Positions 50,632-63,300 of a stretch of 64,000 bases of DNA are shown here, piece after piece. Every line of letters begins with the position of its first letter. The stretch's first letter is position 1. Origin of the DNA: Cenococcum geophilum. Taxonomy: Eukaryota. The notes under the pieces are model-generated. The model was not told where the DNA came from and searched no databases. It saw only the letters and a list, made by a program, of their open reading frames with translations. A program made the position numbers and the translations under genes. Location: contig CP158635.1 of assembly GCA_050273025.1 (NCBI GenBank), positions 20,646,001 through 20,710,000 of the forward strand, written 5' to 3'.

Positions 50632-53600
50632 TATTACGGCACTAGCAGGACTTAATAGAACTACGCACTAGTAAGTTACCACAAATTGCCGCATATTGTG
50701 GTCACGTGACGCAGAGATCTTATAAAACATTGAACGGCGCTACTCTTCTTCTTCTTTCCTTTCCCTAACTTTAGATTCTTGTTTATAGACAATCTAATTA
50801 TATAGGCTTACGCGTCCCTTTTGCCGTGCCTATACCTTAATTAACTAAATCGCTAATATTATCTAAAGCTTTCTCTACTCTTTCTTCCTAAGAAGGAACT
50901 TAAATATATCTATAAGAACATAGAATAGAACCCTAAGGACATTACTAGAACTATAAGGATAGGACCTAAAAGAATAGAATAAAATCCTAAGGAAAGGACC
51001 TATAAGATACATATAGACTAGAACCCCTAAAGAAATTACCTAAAATTACCTAATATACCTACTACTATGCTATAAAACATAGCAGTAGGTAAAGCAGCTA
51101 TAGGACCCTTAAATACTTCAGATAAAGAAATAATTAACGTTTTAACCCCCTAGGCGGAGCTTATAGCTACTAATGCCGAAATTAAACAACTATAAGAGCT
51201 ACTTAAAGCCAGAAATACCCCTATATCTAATAATAAGTCATTATTAAATAACTAAAGACTTACTATAGTCCTTTAGGCCCTATCTTAGCGCCTTAGCAGA
51301 TCTACTAAGGCCTATATAGTACTAAAGTAGTTAGTAAAGGTCGTGGATCTCCTATCACTTATAGATAAAACCAACCCTATATTTAATAATTAGAAGCTTT
51401 AATTACAGGATAAGCTTAAAGTTAATATAAACTACTTCCCTAACGCCCGAGCTAGAATAGCCTATATCTTTGGCCGTACTAGCGGAGACGCCTAAATGCA
51501 TTTACGCCTATAATATATTAAAGACTTAGCAGACCCCTTTATCTCTAAAGAAGAAATAATTAAATACTTATCTTTTATTTATAAAGACCCTTTTAAAGTA
51601 TAAAACGCCTACCTTAGCTATAAAAGCCTAAATATAAAAATAACGGAGACCTTCTTAGCCTTCTAAACCCACTTTTTATACCTGGCTAAATAGGCCCAAA
51701 TCTCCTAAAAAGACCTACTGCTAGACCTCTTTAATAAGCTTACCCTAGATCTATAGCGGGCCGTATTACTAGCTTATACTACGGTATAGATATTAAAGGA
51801 ACTTATAGACTATTGCCTAGCTATTAACTAAGGCCTCCGTTAAATTAAGGTATATGCTAATTAGCTAAAAACTAGAAACCTTATAAACTAAGCCGTAAGT
51901 ACTATAAGTACGGCCTATAGTACCCTAGCATAATTGGCAACTCCTATAGTTAACCTAGCAGCTAGCCGCGTAGCTACCCCCACTATAGGCCTAGTATATA
52001 CCCGGCCTATATATAGTAACCCCTATATATAGGCCCTTAGCGATTAAGGAGCTTACTTCTTATACGGTTAAATAGGCTACCCTATAAGGAACTGCCTAAT
52101 AAAGGTAAAGATAAATAAGGTCCTATCAATCTAGGAGGATAATATAGAGCTTAAAAAAAGAAACTCTAAAGGAAGACTCTTTTTTAGGGTTAAAAGGGAT
52201 TAATATATTATATATTAATCTAGGTTAGCTAGTTAGTAAAAGAAGCTACACTATCCCTTATACTTTATTCTGTAATAAATATTAAGTTTTAACCTTTGCT
52301 TTAGCTAACTTAGGAGTAAATACCTTTACCTTAATTAACACAAAGTGCGCTGCAAAACTAGTTAACTTTTTAAATATACCCCTTAAAGAACTGCCTAAAT
52401 TAATCCCTATTTATGGTTATAACGGACGGATAGGGCTACCTATTATAACTATCTTATAGATCTACCTCCGCGTTAATAAATAAAGGTAGTATAATATCCC
52501 TTTCTTTATTATAGGCCTTAGGAGCTATAATATAATCTTAGGAAAAAAATAGCTAGCCTATTTAGGCTTATAGCTTAATATATAAAATAGGCAGCTTATT
52601 TAGCCCAAAACTATACCCCTAATGCCTTCCTTTATAAAAGAGATTAGTATTATAATAGAAAACCTTATACAGCCGCAGATAAACACTATTTACTAGGCTA
52701 ATGCGACACGTAGGGACTAGGCTTTTAAGAAGGATATATAGCTTAATTTATAACGGACCCGTATACTATGCCGCCCCTAGACTACCTATATTATACTACC
52801 CGCACTAAAGACTTAGGAAGTTGGTAGTAGCCTAGCTAAGTCCCTAATAGAGAACTTAGGCCCTACGCAGCTATAAAGGAAGGCTAGGGATATTAGACAA
52901 TATACTAAACTAATAGACTAAAAGGATAACTTACGGAAAATAGAATATAAGCTAAGAAAGACTATAAACCTTATACCGCAAAATACGGCCTAATAAATAT
53001 CCGTAAAGAAACCTATGGACTTCCTACTAGTTAATATCTACTACATTGGCGCTATAGGGTTCTACTAGAACCTAGTTTAGCCTAATACTATTACCTTTAT
53101 AACTAGCTTATACGAAATTAATTAAATAATTAAAGAGAAAGAAGCCCTAGCTTAAGGGAAAGGTAAGTTTATAGATAAGAAGCTAGTAGAACAAAAACTA
53201 CCCCATTAATACTAGAAATTTAAAAATACTTTCTCCAAAGCAGCGTCTAATATACTCCCGCCTTACTAACCGTATAACTATAAGATTAAAATTAAGCCGG
53301 ATAAGGTGGTTACCCTTAGCTATAGCCCCCTCCAATAGTAATCTACTGCTAAATTATAGGCTATAAAGCAGTATCTTATTAATAACCTAGATAAGGGCTT
53401 TATTAAGCCTAGTTAAGCCCCTTTTAACTTACCTATTCTTTTTACTAAAAAGCCAAATAGAGGACTTTATTTCTATATTAACTACTATAAGCTTAATAAT
53501 TTAACCCTTAAAGACCGCTACCTACTACCTTTACTTAATAAGACTCTAGCCTAAATAAGTAGAGCTAAGATCTTTACAAAGCTTAATATCCGCTAGGCTT

Positions 53601-56581
53601 TTTACCAAATTAGAATAAACCCTAGATTAGAAGACCTTATTATATTTTAGACCTATTATAGAACGTATAAATATAAAGTACTACCTTTTAAACTAACTAA
53701 CGGACTGGCTATATACTAACGATACATAAATAATATACTATTTAACTACCTTAATAACTTCTATATAGTATACCTAGATAATATTATAATTTGCTTTAAA
53801 AATAAACTAGAATATAAAGAGTATATCTATAAAGTCCTATAACGGCTTTAGGAAGCTAGCCTCCAAGCCAATATTAAGAAGTTAGAATTTAGTATTAAGT
53901 ATATAAAGTACCTAGGGTTTATTATTAGTATAAACGGGATTAAGGCAGACCTAGAAAAGATAGCTATAATTAACTAATAGGTACCTCTAAGGACTATAAA
54001 TGGGGTGTAGTTATTTTTAGGGTTCTATAACTTCTACTAACGCTTTATTAAGAACTATAATAGAATTACCTGGCCATTAAGCCTACTTACCTACAAGGAC
54101 TAGCCCTTTTACTTTAACACCGCATATAAGTAGGCCTTTAACGAGCTCTAGTCTCTACTTCCTTACTCGCCTACTTTAACCTAGAATGGCCCTTAATACT
54201 AGAAACTGATGCCTTAGATAGTATTATAGCTAGTATTTACTCCTAAAAGTAAACAGACGGAGAATAGTACCCTATTACTTACTATTTAAAGACTATAGTA
54301 GATATTAAGCTAAACTACCCAATTTATAATAAAGAAATACTGGCTATTATCTCTAGCTTTTAGCACTGGTAAGCCTAACTAGAAGGCACCCCTAAGTCTA
54401 TCTAGGTAGTTTCCAATTATAAGGCCTTAGAATATTTTATAATAATAAAGGCCCTTATAGCCTAATAGGCGCGCTAGGCGGACACCCTATCTTAATTTAA
54501 TTTCCTAATTATATATAGGCTAGGCGCCACTAACCATATAGATGCTTTTATAAGGCGTAAATAGGATATAAATAACTAAATAGCCGTAAAGATCTTATTA
54601 CGGACCTAAGCGCTACTATAACTAAAGCACCTTAACTCCTAGATACGGGCAGAACTAAATATAAACTCTTTAAATGCCAAGATATGCCCTATTAACTCTA
54701 TAGAACTAAACCTTATTAATAAACTGCTATAGGTAAACCGTACGGCCCCTTCTCTATAGGAGTACCGCTAAAAGGCAAAGAACGTTTCTAGCCTATAGTC
54801 CCTTAAAAGTAAACTACTTAAGCACTATAAATAGCTAGTAGTAGTAGAGGAATAGAACTTACGGACTTAGCTTATTGCCAAAGTATATACCTAGGTCTCT
54901 ATAGCCTACCCTAGAAAAAATAAGACCTATAGGATTATTAGCAACCGCTACTACTAGCCTAGAATAATTATAGATATTAACCACTATATACGGAACTATA
55001 ATAACTGCTATAGGTTTACAATTCTATACAATAAGACCCTAGGACTATTAAAACCCCTTCTAATACCTAATCGCCCCTAGTAATATATCTCTATAGACTT
55101 TTATAAGCTACCTCTAGACCGTAACAGATATAATATAGTTATAATCCTAATTAACTACTTTGGTAAGCGCCCGTTTTTAATTCCTTATTATAAAAATATT
55201 AATATTAAAAAGGCGGCCTAATTATATATTTACTACGTCTACTAAATTTACGGACTACTAGATACTATTATATCCGACTATAGGCCGCAGTTTATATTAG
55301 CCTTTTAGAATAAGTTTACCTAGATCCTAGGCATTAAGCTAAAGCTTTTTATAGTATATTACCCCTAAATAGATAGTTAAACAGAGATTATAAATTAATA
55401 CTTAAACTAGAGACTCCGGCCTTTTATTAACTATTTCTAGAATAACTAGGCTAAACTGTTACCCTTAATAAACTACGCCCAAGCCACCCTACCTTACAAC
55501 TCTACTGGATTTGCCCCTATTTAACTAAAAATGGGTTACCTACCCCGCATAAGCTTTAACTAGGAAAGACTAGAAGGGCCCTAGACTATACGCGAAAAAC
55601 TATCTTATAAGGAGGCCTAGCAGTACGCTAAGCGCTTAGAAGAAGCCTAGAAAGTAGCCCATACAAACCTAAAAAAGGCTTAAAAATTAATAGAATAGTA
55701 GGCAAATAAGCATAGGCGCGAGCCTGACTTTACTATAAGTAATATAGTCTAGGTTATAATAAAGAACTAAAAAACAAAACGGCCTAGTTATAAGCTAGAC
55801 TATAAGATAGTAGGACCTTATAAGATTCTTAATAAAGTAGGCAACTTATATAAAGTTAAGCTCCTAAACTTAATTAAAGTTTACCCTATTTTTTTACTAG
55901 ATAAGCTATAGAAAGCTATAAATAACCTACTACCCAAATAAAAGAATAAACCTCCTTTGCTAATCTAAGTTAACGATAATAATAAATAGGAAATTAAAGA
56001 AATACTAGCCTATAAACTTGTAAAGGGAACGTTAAAGTATTATATTAGTTAGAAAGGATATAACTTAGACCCCACTTAGTACCCTATAAGCTTTAGGAGT
56101 TTTATAGCTATTACCCTAATAAACCTAAACCGCTAAAGTACCTAGATAAATAAATAGAATACTAGTATAATAAAGATAATAAGCTACTAGAAGAATATAA
56201 GGATAAAAACGCCCTAGAAATTTCTTAGTTATATAAGGTCTTAAAATATCTAGGAACTTTAACCAGCGGTTAAAGTTATCTAATTAGTTAGATTCTCTTG
56301 CTAAGACTTTTAGCAATAAAGCCTAAGGGCAGGCTTTTTTGGAGGGGGGGGTAATATTACGGCACTAGTAGGACTTGGCAGAACTACGCACCGGCAAGTT
56401 GCTATAGATTACCACATATTGCGGTCACGTGACGCGAAGATCTTATAAAACATCGAACGGCGCTACTCTTCTTCTCCTTTCCTTTCCCTAGCTTTAGATT
56501 CTCGTTTATAGACAATCCAATCGTATAGGCTTGCGCGTCCCTTTTGCCATACCCATGCCTTAATTGACTAAGTCGCTAACA
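50632..56581 (+). mobile_element. Ty3/Gypsy chromovirus I, complete, RIP-inactivated
   Basis: 227-bp LTRs at 50632-50858 and 56355-56581. TSD TCTAC/CCTAC. PPT ggagggggggg. RT YLDN near 53771, integrase PDTIISD remnant near 55260, chromodomain at about 55980-56090. Confidence 0.92.
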
Positions 56582-56739
56582 CCTACCTCGCATATAGACT
56601 CCTCCTTTTTTTCTTAAGGATTTATCTATCTATATAATATACCCTATTATTCTATTATTAGACTCCCTATCTATATCCTTACCTTATAGTTAATCCTTTA
56701 ATATAGTAAGGTAAGGCGGAGCTAAGATATCTTTATTAG

Positions 56740-57068
56740 GTACTTTAGAAACTAGTAAAGAAACATAGTCTAAGTTTAAAAAAAAAAAGGTAAAAAAAGA
56801 CTATTATAGACGCGGAGGACCTCGCCCTAGTCTTTAAGACTAACTTAGTTATAATAAGGAAGTAATATATAGTTAGACAATATTAAATATAAGTATATTT
56901 CTTAATATAACTAGGTCTTTATACTATAAGCCGACCTAAGGCTTTTCTAAACTTATACTACTAATATATAATAGTTATACTTATTTAAAACCTAAAGGGC
57001 GGGCCTTATAATATCATACTTAAGTTTATATTTAAATTTACTAAGGAATATCTTAGCATAAAGGAAGT
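56740..57068 (+). pseudogene. RIP-degenerate exon of a DUF3435-type tyrosine recombinase (Starship captain-like)
   Basis: One frame reads VL*KLVKKHSL...IIDAEDL...Y*I*VYFLI*LGLYTISRPKAFLNLYY*YIIVILI*NLKGGPYNIILKFIFKFTKEYLSIKE. Bounded by a tag acceptor and a gtgcgt donor. Family recognised from remembered motifs, not from a search. Confidence 0.65.
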
Positions 57069-57412
57069 GTGCGTTATCTTTCTACCTTAGTAGTAGGCTG
57101 GCTTAGCGGCAAAGACTTTTAAAACGTATCTCTATATAGCTAACGTTAACAAGTGTATATAAGTAGGCCAATGGGTTCAGCTAATAGTACCCAGGGCCAG
57201 CTATAGGCTAGCCCTTACCAGTCTCTAGTTTTCCTAATGCTAGTGCTTTGGCGGCCCTTTAAAGGCTTCTTATTAAATAGCTCCTAATAATTTTATTCCT
57301 TCTCCTTAATTTAAAATCTTTATATATAGGTTATTAATAGATTTAATTCTATTACTAAAGCTTTTACATTTTATATATATAAGTTTTATATAAAAAGAGC
57401 TTTTTATAATTA

Positions 57413-57558
57413 ACGTAGGTGATAGGGTTATAAAGGGGTTGAACAATGAACATCAAAGTGTTGGAGCACAGACGAAGCAGGGCGCATCGACGAAATTTGT
57501 TTGCAAAACCTGCAAACCTTCATAACTAGGGTCACCTTCATAACCCCATCACCTACGT
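57413..57558. mobile_element. 146-bp MITE or internally deleted Fot1/pogo-type element
   Basis: TA-flanked 24-bp TIRs: acgtaggtgatagggttataaagg and ccttcataaccccatcacctacgt. Subterminal direct repeat ccttcataac. Confidence 0.7.
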
Positions 57559-57630
57559 TAAGTGGTACACATTAGAAACTGAAGATTTATAATGCCATTG
57601 CCGGGCGCCTTCATGCTCTACGGCCACTTT

Positions 57631-60600
57631 TCACGGCCTTGCAGACCTGCCACCAAGTTGTCCTGCAACTAAAGCCTGTAACCTCAAACCATCGACCCTT
57701 GGTAACTCAAACTCGCCCTTCTTCACCGGCGCAGGCAGGAAGCCCACTGCAACTAGGTACGCCAAGTACATGCCGAGAGTTTGCGCATCTACGGTGTTTG
57801 CAGCTAGAGGATCCCCCTGATTACCCGTCTCTTTACCATATGGCCCCAGCGCCGCTGCTGCATTCGCATCATCTAGCTCCGGGGCAATGGAGTTCCCAGG
57901 CAAGTCTCCCACCACGAAGTGGAAGAGTGGGAGCAGAGCATGCTCTTCCTTGGCGTCCTCACTTACGTACTCCGTGATCTTCGTGCACCACTCCTGATAC
58001 GATACCATCGGCACAGGATACCCATACCCCTCAAGAGCACCAATCCAATCATTTAACGTCAGGCGCGGATGGCTGGTAACCTGAGCCACGCCCAAGAGCT
58101 GCCCGAGAGCAGCAGGGAGATGAAACGCCGCGGCGACAACGATGCGGCTGACCTGCGTGACAGGAACTACGTTGGCCGTGTTTGCAATGTTAGGGCGCGC
58201 TCCCACCTGCAAACACCCTTTCCACAGCCTGACTAAAAAGTCGTCCGTAACCGAAATGCCAGATCTCGGATCCCCTGTGACATATCCCGGGCGAACAACG
58301 GCACCCACGAGGCCCCGCCGTCCGGCCTCGCGCACCACAAACTCACTCGCCCACTTAGACTGCCCATAACCCGTGCTAAGACCCTTGCAACTACCCTCCA
58401 GGTCGTCCGCCTCCAACACAGCGGTTCCAAGCTCCCGCGAGAGACGGAAGTAGTACTCATTGTCCAGTGTCGAGGTTGAGCTGACGAATGCTAATCGCTT
58501 TGGCTTTCCAGTGGCGCAGAGCCGGATGCAAGCCAGTGTGCTAAGCACGTTGGCCGCCCGTAGGCTTGAATACGGCAGCATCCAATTAACCTGTGCGCCG
58601 TTGTGGATGACGGTATCTACCTCGTCGGAGAGGCGATCCCAGATGTTCTGGGATAGACCGAGGCGTGACTTGGAGATATCCCCTACCACGACCTCGAGCC
58701 TGGATGTAGATGTCCAGGTTGGGGACCACAGGCCGAAGGCATTGGCTGTTGCCTCAAGTCGAGCTAGACCTGCGGCTGTGTCCTTGGCTCGCACGTGCGC
58801 AATAACATGCGCTTTGGTAGGGCCCTCGAGGAGCTCGTTCAGGATGTATGAGCCTAGGAAGCCCGTGGCGCCAGTCAGGAACACAGTGGGAGGGGTATTT
58901 GCGTAGTCGCACTCTATTGCTGCACTCCGAATGGACTCGGGAAGTTGACGCACCAGATCCCTCGCGTCCGCTGCATACGCCTCATCCTCAACATTTCCGT
59001 CTCCAGGGAGAGGCATCGCGTCGAGGCGAAGACCAATAGGGTCTTGGGCTCGATCAATCTCTGCGGCAAGAGCCTCGAGGGTCTGGGACTGAAATATAAC
59101 GCTCACTGGTACGTCGATATCCTTCCATTCTTTCTTAAGACGGAAAAACATCTGCTGTGCGAGGATGGAGTGACCGCCTTCATCAAAGAAGTTGGAAGCC
59201 GGTACAAACATTCGTGCAGAGCGGTTGGGAAGCACTGATGCCCATATCCTAGCTAGTCGAGTCTGGGTGTCGGTCAAATTAGCAGTTATGGACGAAGCCC
59301 TCCTCTTGGAGAGAAGAGCGAGATCTGCCACATCGGGGAAGGGGAGTGAGGGTCTGTCTATCTTGCCGTTCGGATCTGGGAGCTGTTTGTTAGGCTAAAT
59401 ATGGATATGCTTCATCGGGGGAACATACTTAAGGGCATCCGAGATAGAGGAATAACGATGCTAGGAACAGCGTATTTGGGAATCTTGGTCGCAAGAAACT
59501 TCTTGCAGTCGTCAGACAGCGACTTGAACCGTCTAAGCATTCCTCCCATCGACTCATCTTGTATATCCTGCTCGGTGAATCTCCCATCTTCCTGCTGCTG
59601 AAGGTATTGGAGCCACCGCTTTGTCTCGGGAACGAAATAAGTGACGAGTGTTTGCTCCTCGTCCTTATCTCTTCGAACTACTGTGATGTTTTCGCGCACA
59701 AATTGGTACTGTGATAAGAATACATCGATCTCACCTAGCTCAATTCGAAAACCACGTATCTTGACCTGCGAATCAATCCGGCCTATACACTCGACACTTC
59801 CGTCAGCACGGAGTCGACCAAGATCACCAGTTCTATATATACGATCTCGTGGTCCTTTAAAAAGCTTCCTCCAAGCCTCATGACCTCCCAAAGTCATCTG
59901 GTGGTCATATTGCTGTGTCCACTTGGTAGAATCGACAAACCAGTTGGGTAGAAACTTTGAATGATTGAGTTCTGCCGTCTTTTCGTCGTTTCCTAGGTAA
60001 CCCTCTGCGAGACCCCCTGCTCGCAGGAACAGTTCCCCTTGCTCACCAGCGCCACAAAGCCTGGTCCTGTCCTCACGATCAACAACTAAGAGCTGGACAT
60101 GCAGCATACCATGGCCAACCGGAATGATATCTGGTAGGTAGTCAAGAAACGCAGGATTGTTGGCTTTGCTTGGGACTTCAAAAAATGATACGGCACGCTG
60201 CGTCTCGGTCGAGCCATAGAGGTTTATCACGGTAGCATTGGGTGCGAGGCCGCGTAGTTTCTTACAATCTTTTTTAGTCAGGAGATCACCGACGAAGAAG
60301 GCGTTCCGAAGGGAGGGGAATTGAGTTGTGGCTCCGCCAACGAGAATTTGGCCCTGCGGATTGGCTTAGTCTGAAAATCGACAGCGGCATTAGAAGCGAC
60401 CATACTGACCATAGCAGGAGTCAAGTGGGTTACTGTGACGCTGTGCTCTTTCATCCATTCTGCGAGCCGCTCGTAGGTAATCACATCTGTCGGAGGAACA
60501 ACTAGTTTGGCGCCTAGGAAAAGCGGGGTGAAGATATCTCTCTTTGTATACGCTAGTTAGATCTTCCGTATCACAGAAGTGAGTGGGGATATTCGGATAG

Positions 60601-61492
60601 AGAATAGCTTACTTGCACCGGATCATGGGCTATGCCCGATAAAAGGGTGAATCTGTCCTCCTCTGAAAGGCCAAATCTTTCTGCCATCCAAGGTAGGTAA
60701 TAGGTCAGTGAGAAGTGGCGTCCCTGGACGCCCTTCGGCCTACCCTCAGATCCGCTCGTAAAACTCAGAGTAGGAACCGAATCCGGGCCAACCAGGACAT
60801 GAGAAAATTCCTCTCTGCCGGAGACCCAGGGTTCGAGGCAATCTTTGCCGTCGACAATGCCCCCGGTAAGCTCCCCATTACCAGAAAGCTCTAGCGCTGG
60901 AACAGTAGACTTGATGCTTAGGTTGCTCGCAATAAAGTCCATAACAACGTCAGAAGGCTTGCCGAACTCCTCACTAGCTCTCTGGATACAGACAAGGAAT
61001 CTAGGGCTCGCAACGTCCAACAGTATCCTCTGGCGCTCTGGAGGGTACTGTGGATCAAGTACGCTGACAGTTGCGCCGGCTTTGAGGGCCCCCATATAGG
61101 CAACCACAAGGTCAACCCTACATCCTGGTCAGTCAGTAACGAGAGAGAGGAAGCAGAGGAAGAACCGACCCTCGATAGGCATATATCATGACAACATCCC
61201 CCACTTCGCACCCGTGGGCCAAGAAGTGGTGTGCTAACTGGTTGGAGCTCTCGTTGATCTGGCGATATGTGAAAGTGCGCTGAGCGATTCGTGGGCTCTT
61301 GGTTTCAATGACACATTGCCTGTTTGGAAAGCGCTTGGCATTGGATGCGAAAATTTCATGGATGGCTGTAGTAGATAGGTGAGAAGGGTGCTGAAGTAAG
61401 TGGAACAAGAGGTGAAATTAAACGCATTATATCTTACCTCCACGATAATCACCCCAATGAAGGTCGATTGTCGGATCCGGGGCTTGGGACAT
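57631..61492 (-). CDS. LYS2: L-2-aminoadipate reductase (Lys2-type NRPS-like A-T-R enzyme), 6 exons, about 1185 aa
   Basis: Exons 61438-61492, 61170-61365, 60613-61117, 60410-60541, 59429-60353 and 57631-59375, with GT-AG introns, join into 3558 nt in one frame. Motifs: PDPTIDLHW, TLSFTSGSEGRPKGV, SGIAHDPVQRDIFTPLFLG, YGSTETQRAVS, YRTGDLGR, NPNGKID, FFDEGGHSILA (PCP Ser), VFLTGATGFLG, YGQSKW. Ortholog versus paralog is not resolved. Confidence 0.93.
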
Positions 61493-62049
61493 TTTCAACG
61501 CAGCAGGAAAATGTCGGGCACCTCGTTCAGATTCTTCTTCTTTCCACCGTTGGCAATAGCACCTTTCGTCGCCTAATACACAATCGATGGTCTAGCTAGT
61601 TCTGGGTAGTCTCCTTAAGTCAGGTCAAGGTGAGACAGGCTAGTGAAGATGATTCCGAGGACTGTGATTTCGAAGATGGGTGTGTGTTATCTCATAAATC
61701 AGACCCCCCGGTGGACTGGTACGTGCACTACGCGCACGTGCGGGCATACTGCTCCTTATCACCAACGAATTCTCCACCGAGCGTCCAAAAAGTCTCAGCA
61801 TATTACATAATGCCAAATCACTCTTTTACCCTCTCGCGAAAAAAAACACGAATCTTTGCGAAAATTGAAAATTTGAAATAACTCTACAACCACAACCCCT
61901 AGCGTTCTAATTCAAGCTGCATTCTTCCCATAGGCCCTCTAGCTATCGTTTGATACCTAGAGATAGCTAAAAAGAAGGGTCGTTGGCCTAAAGTGGGACG
62001 CGTCAACCTAAACCACAACGCGCACGGTTAAAACATCACGGTTAAAATC

Positions 62050-63300
62050 GCCAAAATCCTCAAATTCGGCACTCCGCCGCACGAAAAATCGGACGGGAAG
62101 GCCCTCCCGTACAGGGTATATAAGCCCTTCTTTAATTTAGTGTTAAAATACATTAAAACTGCCCTTAAATAGCCCTTAGGAAAGAAACTAGAAGAGACCT
62201 TTACGCGTCTTAAACGCCAAACAGAAGCTATAAAAAAACGCAGTAGATTACATTAAATATAACTAAAAGACAGCTATACCCCCTACCGCACAAAGCAGAA
62301 GCCCACAGTTAGCCGTTTAAAGCTGGGCGAACGTTGCTGCAGCCGCACCACTACCCCCGTCCGTATAGTCCCGCCTCTTACCTAGCGTTACTCTAACGCT
62401 AGTAGCACCGGAATACCGATATATAGTTATTAAATTTAGTAAGAAGGTAGACGCGGAGCTTCTTTAGACACTTAAAGAGCCTTATAAAAACATTTTAAAA
62501 AAACTAAATAACGCGTTATCTAAATTGGGAAACGCTTTTATAAATAAGGCACGGATCACCGCGCCACGGATCCTTAGGTTAGGAGACGTCATTATTTTTA
62601 CAGAAATACTAGCGCAGGTAGATGACTTGCGTAGATACGGAGATAAAAAGACCTTAGGGAGAAGTGCTTAGGTAATTAAGCCTATATACGGAGTAGTTAC
62701 ACATAATATACCTATACGTTTAGTTAATAATATAGAGAAGGAGGCCGTTATTAGGAAATTTAAGCTAGAAAATTAGAGAGTACTTAGTAGTTATAGGATT
62801 GTTAGCTAGAGGTGGCTTAGGCCCCTAAAGGAGAAGTAAAGAGATGCCTCTTTAGTGCTAGAATTTAAGACTATACTAGGTGCAAATACTACGATATACG
62901 CGGAGGTTCTTTACTAGGATAGTACCTATAAGAAAACTAAAAGGTTTAATAGAGCCTACCTAGTAAAGCGATGTTTTAAATGCTACTATTACGGATATAT
63001 AGGAACCTAATATTGTAAACAAGAAATATGCGGAAGATGCTCCACTTAAGATTATAATATAAAAAAATACAAGGCTAACTAGTAGAAGTGCACCCTCTGC
63101 TAAGGAAAGTATAACTCCTAGTTACTAACCTGTCCTAAATATAAAAAGGAGACAATTTATATAGAGAAGGTAAAAGTTAGACTCCGTGTAAACCTATACT
63201 AGCCTAAGAACCTAGTATATATTATACTAGGGCTATTAGAAATAGGGAGTCGAATTAATAGCGAGCTAAGCTCCCTACCCCTATTAGCAATACTAAATAT
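62050..63300 (+). mobile_element. Tad1/CgT1-like LINE 5' region with RIP-degenerate ORF1 (gag-like)
   Basis: Triple knuckle remnant RCFKC...GYIG, CGRC...DY, KCTLC*GKY...TCP at about 62965-63140. The 5' boundary is approximate. Interrupted at 63301 by an LTR. Confidence 0.75.

Noticed and set aside
1..57400. Alternative genetic code or stop-codon read-through to explain the many in-frame TAA/TAG
   Set aside because: Stops differ between paralogous copies and match RIP C-to-T and G-to-A changes. The LYS2 gene uses the standard code.
57639..61099. Plus-strand and alternate-frame ORFs overlapping LYS2
   Set aside because: Shadow ORFs of a GC-balanced coding gene, with no independent motifs.
61630..61881. 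83-aa ORF and gcacgtgc E-box-like palindrome upstream of LYS2
   Set aside because: Non-ATG start, no recognisable homology, and a single 6-8 bp motif is too weak to call.
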